This document shows, piece after piece, positions 45,190 through 58,299 of a stretch of DNA of 64,000 bases (positions are counted from its first letter, which is position 1; each line of letters begins with the position of its first letter). The position numbers and the translations under genes were made by a program. The notes under the pieces are model-generated. The model worked only from the letters and a program-made list of their open reading frames with translations. It had not been told where the DNA came from and did not search any database. Origin of the DNA: the human T2T-CHM13v2.0 reference genome, Homo sapiens. The stretch lies in NCBI RefSeq assembly GCF_009914755.1, contig NC_060947.1; one strand, written 5' to 3'.

Positions 45190-45414
45190 TTTTACTTTCA
45201 ATTTTTATTTTAGATATGAGAGTACACGTGCCTGTTTGTTACATTGGAATATTGTGTGATATTGAGGATTGGGGTATGGATCCCATCACACAGGTAGGGA
45301 GCATAGTACCTGATAGGTAGTTTTTAAATCTTTGTCTCCCTCCTTCCCTCCCCATTCTACTAAACTAGTGTCTATTGTTTCCATGTTTATGACAATGTGT
45401 GCTCAATGTTTAGC
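45190..45414 (-). mobile_element. Old L1PA (PA15-17-like) 3' end fragment
   Basis: TTTTATTTTAGAT...GTACACGTGCCTGTTTGTTACAT...GCTCAATGTTTAGC. Confidence 0.75.
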
Positions 45415-45746
45415 AATCTCAATCAAAATCCCAGGAAATTCTGAAGTTTAAATGGAGAGGCAGAAGACCCATAATAGCCAACACAATATTGAAGGACAGC
45501 ACAACAAAGTTGGTGGACTGACATTATCTGACGTCAAGACATACTGTAAAGCTATAGTAATTAAAACAGTGTAGTATTAGTAAAAGAACAGACTTAGATC
45601 AATGGACCAGAATAGAGAGCCCAGAAACTGACCTCTTTGACAAAGGAAGAAACGCAATACAATGGAGAAAATATAGTCTTTCCAAAAAATCATGCTGGAA
45701 CAACTGGAAATTTACATGTAAAATAGTGGATCTAAACATAGTCCTA

Positions 45747-46022
45747 GGCTAGGCGCAGTGGCTCACACCTGTAATCCCAGCACTTTGGGAGGCTGAGGCG
45801 GGCAGATCACGAGGTCAGGAGATCGAGACCACGGTGAAACCTCATCTCTACTAAAAATACAAAAAATTAGCCGGGCATGGTGGCGGGTGCCTGTAGTCCC
45901 AGCTACTCAGAGAGGCTGAGGCAGGAGAATGGCGTGAACCCAGGAGGTGGAGCTTGCAGTGAGCCAAGATCACGCCATTGCACTCCAGCCTGGGTGACAG
46001 AGAGAGACTCCGTCTCAAAAAA

Positions 46023-46050
<28 letters not shown>
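45747..46050 (+). mobile_element. AluY, Yd-lineage-like (12-bp left-arm deletion)
   Basis: GAGACCA^CGGTGAAAC lacks TCCTGGCTAACA; (TAAA)n tail; perfect TSD TAAACATAGTCCTA. Confidence 0.93.
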
Positions 46051-46053
<3 letters not shown>

Positions 46054-47340
46054 ACATAGTCCTAACATCCTTTACAAAATTGACTCAAAATGGATCACAG
46101 ACCTAACGTAAAACAGAAAACTACAAAAATCCTAGAAGATAACATATGAGAAATATCTACCTGACCTTGGATATGGCAATGACTTTAGATATATCACCAA
46201 AGACAGAACCCATGAAAGAAAAAAAATCATCAACTAGACTTTATTAAAATTAAACATCCAGTTTTGTGAAGACACTGTCAACAGTTTAAAAAGGCAAGTC
46301 AAAGAATGGGAGAAAGCATTTGCAAAAGATATAACTGAATAAAGGATTGTTATCCAAAGTATAAGAAGATCTCTTAAAAATCTCAACAATAAAAAAACCA
46401 AACAAACTGATTTAAAAATGTGCCAAATTATTAACAGACACTTCACCAAGAAGATGACAAATAAGCATACAAATAGATGTTTTACATCATATGTCATTAG
46501 GGAAATGCAAATTAAAACAGCAATGAGATACCGCTACACACCTATTAGAATGGCCAAAAACCAGAACACTGACAACATCCAAAGCTGGTGAGGATGTGGA
46601 GTAACAGAAACTCTCATTTTTTGCTGGAGAGAATGCAAAATGGTATAGCCACTTCGTAAGACAGTATGACAGTTTCTCACAAAGCTAAACATACTCTTAA
46701 CATATGACCTAGCAATTATGGTCCTTGGTATTTACCCAAAAAAAGATGAAATGTTGTACGTTTCAATGTAGCTAGAAGAGAGGGCATGAAATGTTACACA
46801 TAGAAATTATCAAATCTCAAGTTGATGGGTACCCCAACACCCTAACTTTATTATTACACATTCCATGCATGTAACAAAAGCTCACATGCACTTCATAAAT
46901 ATGCAAAATATTTTGTGTAAATATAAAAATAAAAACTCCTGCACATGAATGTTTATAGAAGCTTTATTCACAACGAATAGACCTTGGGAAAATATGGCCT
47001 ATGATAAGTAGGATACTAAATATGTGAATGAATAATGGAATATTATTCAGTGCTAAAAGGAAGTTAGTTAATAAGTCATGAAAAGACATAATAGGAAATT
47101 TAAATGCATATTGTTAAATAAAAGAAGCCAGTTAGAGAAAGGCTACATACTGTGTGATTCCAACTATACGACATACTGGAAAAAGCAAAACTATGGAGAT
47201 AATAAGAAGATTATTGGCTGCCAAGGGTTGAGGAATGGAAGAGATAAAGACACAGAACAGGGGATTTTTAAGGCGGTGAAAATACTCTCTATGATACTAT
47301 AATGGTGGATGCATGTCATTATTTGTCCAAACCCATAGAA

Positions 47341-47870
47341 TACCGTTTTGAATGAAGCTCTTCAAGTTTTTTTCTATTAACTTAGCTTGTAGGTACTGTT
47401 CCTAGTAGCCATCAGAGGTTCACACAGAAGAGAACGGTAAGGGATCCACCAGCAAGGGTCCCTTTGGGGTGGCCTCACCATCAGGGGTTGAATTCCAGAT
47501 GCAGCTTCAATTACATACCCATAACGTGAAAGTTTGAGTGGGTTTCTTTGTTTTAATTACTTACCAATCATCAAACTCAGCCCAGCAGGACGACCAGATA
47601 GGGACAAACAGTAGCTCTCCATTTCAGGTCTTGTGTAGCCAAAGCAACCTCACAGATGTAGGATGGAGTTTCTCTTATTTACGGGTCATCTGTGGTGAGG
47701 TGTACTTATTTCACAGGGTGACATTTTACTGGTGGAAAGGGCAGTTGAACAGTTTGGCACAAAGCTGGAGTTAAAAGAGGGCTCTGCAGAGGGATTTCTT
47801 ATCGCTCTTGGTCATCCTGGTCCAGGCCTAGGCAGCAATTACCTATGGTTTCTCCGTTATTCCTAAGACA
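47341..47870 (-). mobile_element. ~530-bp insert, probably a solo LTR of unassigned family
   Basis: Splits the L1MC1 UTR cleanly. The minus strand starts TGTCTTAGG and has an AATAGAAAA signal near its end. It is GC-richer than the flanks; no clear TSD. Confidence 0.55.
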
Positions 47871-48094
47871 AATGTTCAACGCCAAGACTGAACCCAAATG
47901 TAAACTATGAACTTTGAGTGATAATTGTTTGTCAATGTAGGTTCATTAACTGTAACAAATGTATCACTTTGGTGGGGGATTTGATAATTGGGGCGCTTAT
48001 TGATGCATGGGGGCATGTGGTATATGGGATGTCTATGTACCTTCCTCTCAATTTTTCTGTGAAACTAAAACTGCTTTAAAAAATAAAATATTTT

Positions 48095-48520
<426 letters not shown>

Positions 48521-48829
48521 TTAAGTCAAAGAGAATAAAATCTGAGACAGACCCAGTGCAAAACTGTAGAAGTACAAAAATAATAAAGATCACTTGAACT
48601 CAAAAAATACCATTTCCAAAGTATCTACTGTGTTGTGTAATCCTATGAGAGATATACATTGCATTATATATATATAAAGGAGGTTTTCCTTCTTCACACT
48701 GCTTCTCTATGTCACTATAAAAATGTGGCCTGTGTTCTGGTTCCTGAGAGTATTAAGAGTGACCATCTTATGTCTTTTTTTCTCAACTATAGGAATAAAA
48801 ATCTTACTCCTTATTCTTCTCTATTGTAG

Positions 48830-48963
48830 GATGAAAAATGAATACATAGATTATCTCTTCCTTATAAAAGACATCACTGGTCCACAAGTTACAACAGCCC
48901 AAACTGGGGACTAATCACTTTGCATTTAGCATCAACATGTTGCTTCTGTGGAGTATTTAAAAA
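48830..48963 (+). pseudogene. Pseudo-exon G (3' boundary uncertain)
   Basis: Strong acceptor cttactccttattcttctctattgtag|GAT; phase-0 frame DEK*IHRLSLPYKRHHWSTSYNSPNWGLITLHLAS. Confidence 0.45.
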
Positions 48964-49140
48964 GCAAACATTGAATTAATTTCCTAAAGGATATCTAATC
49001 TCTTAGTTTTTGCCTCAATTGGCTTCTAAATTATATGACTAGTTTGTAACAGTACAAAATTAAGTTGTTTGGTTCTGAAGATAGACTGTCTAATAAGTTT
49101 GCCAGTAGTCACAGGTGAATATTTAAATTTAAATTAATTA

Positions 49141-49494
<354 letters not shown>

Positions 49495-50401
49495 TCAAAT
49501 GCTCAATAAACACATGTATCTGTTGATTACTTAAACAGCACATATACAATATCAATCAATGCAAACATTTTTATTGTACAGCACTGCCAGGAATATTTGT
49601 CTTTGTTCTTTACAAGGATGAGTGATGAATGCTATCTTAGTGCACAAGAGTCTAGAAAATTCAGTATGCATGGGAATATCTAAACTGGGAATTATTTAAT
49701 TATTTGCCAAAGATGTCCAAAGATTGCAAATTTTTATATTTTTATAAGTTGAAATTTGAGCAAAAACTTAAGTATCAGAATGTTTTATTTTTATTGTACA
49801 TACATTACCAGAAACTGTAAGCAGGCTTTCATAATTTACAGCCATTTTCATTAAAATCTGTTCATCAATTTCAACAAATTTTCTGTTAATTTTCCAATAA
49901 TTAAAAAAAACTGTGGCACCTAAAATAATCTCAGCTACTTGTATGATCTTGATGATAGTAATGCCCAATTTATTCATTATTTATTTTCAAGGCAATTAAA
50001 AGTGTCCTACAAATACATCTAGTTGGAAAGTGAGATCATTTCAAATGTCCAAATGAAATATGAACAATTTTGGTGACTGAGGATCATCAGAGGCATGCAA
50101 TTTGACAAGGTCAAATATCTTTGAACTTTCATAGTTCACAGCAGCTTTACTCATAGCTCTATTTATTATGTGATCATGTGCATGTGCCAAACTTATGTAA
50201 CAATTTCTTCTCCTAAAGATATTGTAATACTTTTCTTTGGAATCAGTTTTTTGGGTATTTTAACAGATGAGTTTGTTCTGGAGGCACTAATTAAGTAATC
50301 AGATTGGCTGAGTAAGGATTTGATAATTGGATATAACCATGTAAATTTCAAATCTCAGAATTTCTATTTTAAATTGCAGAAATTTAGTAGACATGGATAT
50401 A

Positions 50402-51642
50402 CAGTCATATGTCACTTCACAACAGGGATACATTCTGAGAAACGCATTGTTAGGCGATTTTGATATTGTGCAACCATCATAGAGTGTATTAGGTTGGTAC
50501 AAAAGTCATCAAGGTTTTTGCCGTTATTGCACTAACCTAAATTCTTACATAAACCTAAAAGCTATAGCCTACTGCACACCTAGGCTATATGGTATAACCT
50601 TTATTCCTACCCTATAAGCCTGTAAAGCATGTGACCGTACTGAATACTATAGGCAATTGTAACACAACGTATCTGTGTATCTAAATATATCTAAACCTAG
50701 AGAGGGTGCAGCAAAAGTATGGTATAAGAGGTAAAAATATGGTACGTCTGTATAAGGTATGAATGGATTTTTCAGGACAGGAAGTCACTCTGGGTGAATA
50801 AGTGAGTGGGTGAGTGAATGTGAAAACCGAGGACATTATTCTAAACTACTGTGGGCTTAAACATTGTACACATAGGCTGCTGTGAATTTATTTTAAAAAT
50901 CTTGCTTCAATAATAAATTCACCTTTGATTAGTGTAAGTTTTATACTTTATAAAGTTTTTAATTTTAAGAAACCTTTTGACAGTTTTGTAATAACACTCA
51001 GCTTAAAACACAAACACATTGTACAACTGAACAAAAATATTTTCTTTATGTCCTTATTTAATATTTTTTCAGTTTAAAAAAATTGTTTTACTTACTTTAA
51101 AAACTTTTTTCTTAAAAACTAAGTCACAAACACAAACATTAGCCTAAGCCTACCCAGCGTCTGGATCATCAGTATCACTGTCACCCACCTCCACATCTTG
51201 TCCCATTGGAAGGTCTCTAGGGGCAGTAACATTCATGGAGCTGTCATCTCCTATAATAACAATTCCTTCTTAGGAAATGTCTCCTGAAGGACAGGCAAAG
51301 GCTGTTTTACAGTTAACTTTCTGTGAGTAGAAGGAGGATACTCTAAAATAATGATGAAAATATAGTATAGTAAATACATAAACCAGGAACATTGTTACTT
51401 ATTATCAAGTATTATGTACTGTACATAATCATATGTCCTATACTTGTGTATGACTGGCAGCACAGAAGTTTTGTTTACACCAACATCACCACCAACATGT
51501 GAGTAATGTGTTGTACTATGAAGTTAGGACAACTATGATGTCACTAGGTGATTCAGAGTTTCATTTCCATTATAATCTCATGGGACAATAATTTATATGC
51601 AGTCTTTCCTTGACCAAAATGTCTTTATGCATCACATGACTG
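50402..51642 (+). mobile_element. Tigger3 (Tigger3b-like) non-autonomous DNA transposon
   Basis: TIRs CAGTCATATGTCAC... / ...GCATCACATGACTG with TA duplication on both sides; ~1.24 kb. Confidence 0.9.
50489..50540. mobile_element. Internally deleted MADE1 (Hsmar1 MITE) nested in Tigger3
   Basis: TTAGGTTGGTACAAAAGT...TTGCACTAACCTAA after a TA; 52 bp against the 80-bp consensus. Confidence 0.85.
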
Positions 51643-51686
51643 TATCTGAAATGATAGTTATTTTAAATATTTATAAATGATATCTT

Positions 51687-52395
<709 letters not shown>

Positions 52396-52580
52396 TACAC
52401 GTGCTAAAATTATCTGAAAATAAAAAAAGCAATCATATGTATTAATTGTGTCTAAATTTAATGCTATAGTTTGAATTTTTAAAATTGTATTTAAAAATAA
52501 AAAGAACAACAAAATATCATCTAAGAAATTGCTAGTACTCTCTCACAGAAGAAAGGAAGGAAGGATGGAGGAAAAGAGAG

Positions 52581-52636
52581 AGTGAAAAAAGGAGTTGTAT
52601 TATCTACCAGTGAAAGAAGGAGTTGTACTATCTACT
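52581..52636. repeat. 28-bp tandem duplication
   Basis: AGTGAAAAAAGGAGTTGTATTATCTACC / AGTGAAAGAAGGAGTTGTACTATCTACT. Confidence 0.9.
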
Positions 52637-52714
52637 AATTTAGCAGATTATTTTCTACTTTGGTTTTAGAATGTGTACAGCAAGTTCTTCTTATAATAAT
52701 TCATTTTTTGAATT

Positions 52715-52950
52715 AACCATTTTATTAAAACCTCACAGTTTTGTGGGTCAGGAATTTGGACAGGGCTCGGCTGGGTGATTCTTTTATTGCACATGGTGTT
52801 AATGGGAATCACTTAGTGCCATTCAGCAGGTAGATGAACTGAAATGGAGGGTTTGAGATGGCTTCACTCACATGTCTGGTGTTTGGTGAGGGTGGCTGGA
52901 ATCTAGGACTGTTGACCAGAGCACCCACACATGGATTCTCTGGCAAGAAT
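52715..52950 (-). mobile_element. MLT1 LTR fragment
   Basis: CTCACAGTTTTGTGGGTCAGGAATTTGGACAGGGCTCGGCTGGG; GATGGCTTCACTCACATGTCTGG. Confidence 0.8.
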
Positions 52951-54007
52951 ACAAATTCTTGTACATACTTATTCTTAGAATACACTTAACAGCATTTATT
53001 AATGGCTCCCAATAGTCTAAATAAGAGAAGCTACCATGTAAGACAGAGAAACAATCACAGGCCCAGGAGCCCAGACCAAAAAAGAAATTAGATCAGGCCT
53101 AATGAGATTGAGAATAGCTCCAGAATAAACTGTACAATTTATTTTTTTGTTGTTTTTGTTTGAATTTCATGTTTATATGTGTTCCTGAAGAGCTCTGTGA
53201 ATCATCCATTTACTATATCATCAAAAGGTCTCCAAATATTTGAAGCCAAAATGGGCTTTTAAAACATCATGAAATAAATACAGACTTTGCCATTTATTTT
53301 TTGAAACTGCACCGTGGTTATATCTTTTTTTCATCTTCCAAGATATGATCTAAATGGAGATTTAATGTTCCAAAGAGGTTATGCTCATCTTCTCAAAATA
53401 AACATATTATCTATTGCTTCATGTTTGGATTATTGTTCTTAATTCTCTGTGAATCATCAAAATGCTTTAGGGAAATGCCACTAGTAGAAGGAAGTTCACT
53501 TTCCTCGTTTAACAAGTTTTTTTTTTTAAGCCATTATTTATTTTAAATGAAGAGATTGTTTGAAAATATGCATTATAGAGATGCAGTCAAGGTACATGTA
53601 CTGTAGATAGGAGCTTGAATCATTAGCCAAATGCCATGTTTCTCAAAATACATTTCATATAAAATGAATTTGTAGGACTACTGATGTTTTTCAGGGGCAT
53701 GGTACACTGTTAAAAGTTTACGGAACTGAGTACTAGCATCAAGCAAGCTTTTGTTTCTTTTTTAACTGCAGGACTTCTGAGTAACTTTAATAGGCAGTGG
53801 TTGGTAAACAATCATTTAGTAATATGGGAAAGGATTAGATCTGACAGAAGTGACTTGTGGGTAGCTGTGTTAGTGTGTGCAGAAGAGTAAACATCATACT
53901 TTTTGCAAAATAGAATGAGTTTCTTACGTATTCAGTGTAATACCTACACTTTAAAATAATTGAGTGTGAGAAAAGGAGGTTCCTTTGGGAAGTATGCTTT
54001 GTTTCAG

Positions 54008-55614
54008 TCTAATATATCCTTTCATTGAGAATGTGCTGTAGAGGGCTGAAACTTTGTTGATGAGTACAATGAGGATATTTTGGTACTTTCTTTACTTCAG
54101 TTGTGTAGTACTATCATATCACTCTCTACTGATTAACAGCAGTAAAAATATTTTTTTCAGAGAGAACTTACAACATAATGAACCTGAAAGACTTTTTTAG
54201 CTCACGTGTGTACTTGTGCAAAATCTCATTGTAATATCTACTCATCATATCATATTTGGAAAAGACAGCAAACTTTGAAACAAAAAGAAAGAAAACTTTT
54301 TTATTTCCTATTACTGATATAATTATGAACATATTTTATCCTAGATGTTTTAGATAACCCTTGATTACATCTTTACATTTTCCAGAAATTGAGTCAAATA
54401 ATATGAATATTATTAAGACAACATATTTTGACAAATTACATTCCAGGAAGATTATCCAATTTTCCAATTTGCCAGCAGTAAATTAGAGTTACGGCCTTCT
54501 CACATCTCACCATTAGGCAGTTTTTCTTTAGAAAGTATAGGAATTTGACAGGTGTAGTAAAGTTAGGCTTTTTTTTTTTTCATTTTTCATGTCTTTAAAT
54601 TATTTTTGAGCCAGAGAAACATAGCTTTCCTGGAAGTAGATCATTGATGGGTCAAGCTTTGGCTTTCTTCATCTCCTCCAACTACTTTAGGGACACTGCA
54701 GTTGGAAACCAGTAAAACCAGGCAGTCATCCACCTACTATTTAGGTCTCTTTTCTAAGGTAGCAGAGAAACAATGAAAAAAAAAAAAACTGTTAAATCCT
54801 GGGTCTTTTTAAATCTCATACCCAAACGGAATAGATTTTTTTGTCCATTCACTAAAAAATGGACATTTTATAAATTATATCCATGACTCTTCATGTAGGA
54901 AATTAGAATGCTTGTACAATTGGCAAAAAGTAATCGCACAACAGAATCCCAAGTACTGCATTATCTACTGTCCCCATCACTTTGAGGGCTCATTTACTTT
55001 TTATCCTTTGACATCATACAAAACTAGTGTGAGCCGATACTGGACAACCAATACTTCATAGATAATGGTTTGGAATTCTAAATTTTTTGGGAGCCCAAAG
55101 AAGCCAATTAGATATCAGTATTAATGATCTAATATTGATGGTACATTTTCTTCCATGTGCTTTCTTCTGATGTGCTTGATTCTATTTTAAATTCCCCAAA
55201 TCATTAATCTTTTTTCATGAGTTATCATAAAAAGCTAGAGTTAGCCAATAGGTGAAAACAATTCTAATCCTAACCATTGGTGAAGAATAATTAGTGAGAG
55301 CCAGTTATCACTGACAATTTGTACCCAGCTTATTCTTAATGACATTGAAAAAGTTAAATGTTAATATGGAGTAGAAAACTATACTTATTTAATGTGATAG
55401 GTTCTACTGAACATTTGCATAATATTTAGTAAAAAAAGTGATTGCTTGAGTGGGAGAAAATAATATGGTATTCAGTGGGATGGTTTTAGAATGTGGCAAA
55501 ATTGAAGTAACATTGATATTCTCAATTTATTTCCATTCATAAATATAGTATACTTCGGTTTAGTTTTTCAAGGTCACTATACAATGATGAATCTGGGAAT
55601 TCAATTTTTATGTT
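54008..55614 (+). pseudogene. Cluster of five pseudo-exons: 54008-54082, 54161-54205, 54691-54758, 54899-55140, 55573-55614
   Basis: Each is bounded by (Y)nNAG and GT. Joined reading: SNISFH*ECAVEG*NFVDEYNEDIL / ERTYNIMNLKDFFSS-R-TLQLETSKTRQSSTYYLGLFSK-EIRMLVQLAKSNRTTESQV. The last exon is 42 nt with a gtaagt donor. Confidence 0.55.
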
Positions 55615-55929
55615 GTAAGTGCTGAGAAACAAGTAAGCATAAATCAGTACATCTGTTAGTGTCTTTCAATTTTCCCATTCAACATGAATAACAATTATTA
55701 GGAAGAAAATGTTCATATACATGGCCTCTGAAATTGTGTGGCATCTACCTAAATGATTTTTATTTTAAGAAATACATTAATAAATCCCCTTTACTTTCAG
55801 CTATTGTGAGTTACTTTAGTTATATATTGTTATTTATGTTTTTTCTTTGTAATATATTGCTATAGAAATCTTTAATCTTGAACAATTGCTTGTATAATTT
55901 AATAAAATATTTTTGGAAAAGGTAATACT

Positions 55930-56977
55930 TATTGGGGGAACCCGCCCCCAATATTTCAACATAGGTTCTTTCTATTTTCCGTAATAGTCGGCTGGCTGAG
56001 AAATAAAGAGAAAGAGTACAGAGAGGAATTTTACAGCTGGGCCTCCAGGGGTGACATCACATATCGGTAGGACCATGATGCCCACCTGAGCCACAAAACC
56101 AGCAGGTTTTTGTTGAGGATTTCAAAAAGGGAGGGGGGTGCAAGAACAAGGAGTAGGTCACAAGATCACATGCTTCAAAGGGCAAAAAGGAGAACAAAGA
56201 TCACATGCTTCTGAGGCCAATAAACATCACAAGGCAAAGGGCAAAGCAAAGATTACAAGGCAAAGGGCAAATTCAAAAACTCCTGATAAGGGTCTATGTT
56301 CAGCTGTGCACGTATTGTCTTGATAAACATCTTAAACAACAGAAAGCAGGGTTCGAGAGCAGAGAACCAGTCTGGCCTCAAATCTACCAGGGTGGGGTTT
56401 CTTCCCCACCCTAATAAGCCTGAGGGTACTGCAGGAGACCAGGGCGTATTTCAGCCCTTATCTCAACCACATAAGACAGACACTCCCAGAGCAGACGTTT
56501 ATAGAGCTCCCTGCAGGAATGCATTCCTTTCCCAGGGACTTAATTATTAATATTTCTTGCTAGGAAAATAATTCAGTGATATCTTCCCTACTTGCATGTC
56601 CATTTATAGGCTCTCTGCAAGAAGAAAAATATGGCTCTATTCTGCCTGACCCCACAGGCAGTCAGACCTTATGGTTGTCTTCCCTTGTTCCCTGAAAATC
56701 GCTGTTATTCTGTTCTTTTTCAAGATGTTCTGATTTCATATTCTTCAAACACACGTTTTACAATCAATTTGTACAGTTTAACACAATAGTGGTCCTGAGG
56801 TGACGTACATTCTCAGCTTATGAAGATAACAGGATTAAGAGATTAAAGACAGACATAAGAAATTATAAGAGTATTATTAGGGAAGTGATGAATGCCCATG
56901 AAATCTTCACAATTTATGTTTCCTCTGCCACGGCTCCAGCTGGTCCCTCCGTTCGGGGTCCCTGACTTCCCACAACA
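55930..56977 (-). mobile_element. MER11A-like solo LTR (HERV-K11/HML-8)
   Basis: Minus strand begins TGTTGTGGGAAGTCAGGGACCCCGAACGGAGGGACC; internal CAAGGCAAAGGGCAAA repeats; perfect 6-bp TSD AATACT. Confidence 0.96.
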
Positions 56978-57450
56978 AATACTTACTTGTGGTCAAAGGA
57001 GACAAAAGATTTTTAACTGAAATATTTCCCTCTCATCGCTAATGTCCAGTCATTTAGGTCCTCCCCTTAGGAGAGCAGATGGAGTCATGGTTGCATCCAG
57101 AGATCTGTAAATATTTTTGTGATTATTTTTAAAAGAGAAGCAGAATTATACTGTGACTATATGTTGCACATAACATGCAGTATGATTTTTGGTTTACTTC
57201 TTTGTTTTTTAATTTATGCCCTGGCTTCTGAAGGAAAGAACTATGCTTATTTATATTTTCAGCAAAATTGCTATTAAATGCCTACTCTGTTCCAAGTACC
57301 ATTATAGGTATTGGGGACAAAACAAACCAATAGTCCTGCCTTTGTGAAAGTCATATTTTTATTTGTCGCTATATTCCAGGAATATAGCACAGTATCTGGT
57401 ACATAGTCATATTCGGTCAAGTTTTTTGAATGAAATTAAGATGCTGACTA

Positions 57451-57604
57451 TGTATTAGTTAGAGTTTATTGTCTGTCTCTCTTTCCCTCCCTTTATATGT
57501 AGATAGATAGATAGATAGATAGACAGATAAACATGGATTCATCTTCACCAGTCTATCTACTCCCTGCCTATCTATCTATATATCTATCTATCTATCTATC
57601 TATC

Positions 57605-57647
<43 letters not shown>

Positions 57648-58033
57648 ATCTATTAAGAGAGAGATTTTAAGGGTGGTCCACACGATTGTGAGAGCAGGCA
57701 AGTTTTAGATTCATAGGACAACTGGAAGGCTGGAGATTCAGGTAAGAGTTGATGTGGTGGTCTAAAACTCAACAGTTCAAAACTCAGACAGAATTTCTAT
57801 GTTGCAGTTTGGAGGCAGAATTCTTTTTTCAGGAAACTGTTGCTCTTAAGGCATTCAACTGATTGTCTGAGGCCCATTCACATTATAGGGAGTAAATCTG
57901 CTCTACCTAAAGTCAACTGATTGTAAATGTTAATCACATCTACTAAATACTTTTATAACAACTAAACTAGTCTTTGACCAAACAACTGTTCATCATAGCC
58001 TAGGTAAGTAGACACATAAAATTAAGCATCATA
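57451..58033 (-). mobile_element. MLT2 (MLT2D-like, ERVL) solo LTR containing GATA microsatellites
   Basis: TGTATTAGTTAG...TTCAACTGATTG...GAGGCCCA...GACACATAAAATTAAGCATCATA. Confidence 0.85.
57500..57652. repeat. (TAGA)n tract followed by an interrupted (TCTA)n tract
   Basis: TAGA repeats at 57500-57528 and TCTA repeats at ~57568-57652. Confidence 0.95.
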
Positions 58034-58211
58034 GATGCCTACCTGTTACAATAATGTTCTAGGATGCCTGGATAATGTGGATAATTTAGTAAAAGCTCTA
58101 TTTCAAAATAGGTTTATTGCAAAACATCAGTTACACTCTTCACAGATGTGTTCTCTAAGTACATGTTCTAATTTACTCATGTTTCTAATTTCACTGTCTC
58201 TTTGCATTCAG

Positions 58212-58299
58212 TAAAATACCTTATTGAGGTGTTATGGCTAAATTTTCAGCAGTATAGAAAAAGCTACAAGCTGGTTTTCTTCTTATTTAAAACAGAATA
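58212..58299 (+). pseudogene. Pseudo-exon O (88 nt)
   Basis: ctaatttcactgtctctttgcattcag|TAAAAT...AGAATA|gtaagt; one frame open throughout (KYLIEVLWLNFQQYRKSYKLVFFLFKTE). Confidence 0.5.

Larger units (their letters stand above)
45415..48092 (+). mobile_element. L1MC1-like 3' part hosting nested AluY, an L1MA 3' end (~46755-46932) and an LTR-like insert
   Basis: ORF2 tail and the L1MC1 3' UTR (TTTGTCCAAACCCATAGAA / GAACCCAAATGTAAACTATG...AAAACTGCTTTAAAAAATAAA). Confidence 0.85.

Noticed and set aside
49809-49919. 111-nt open minus-strand exon candidate (GATVFFNYWKINRKFVEIDEQILMKMAVNYESLLTVS)
   Set aside because: Weak pyrimidine tract and no convincing partner exons on the minus strand. The plus strand offers a competing pseudo-exon from ~49812 (KL*AGFHNLQPFSLKSVHQFQQIF). 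Left unresolved.
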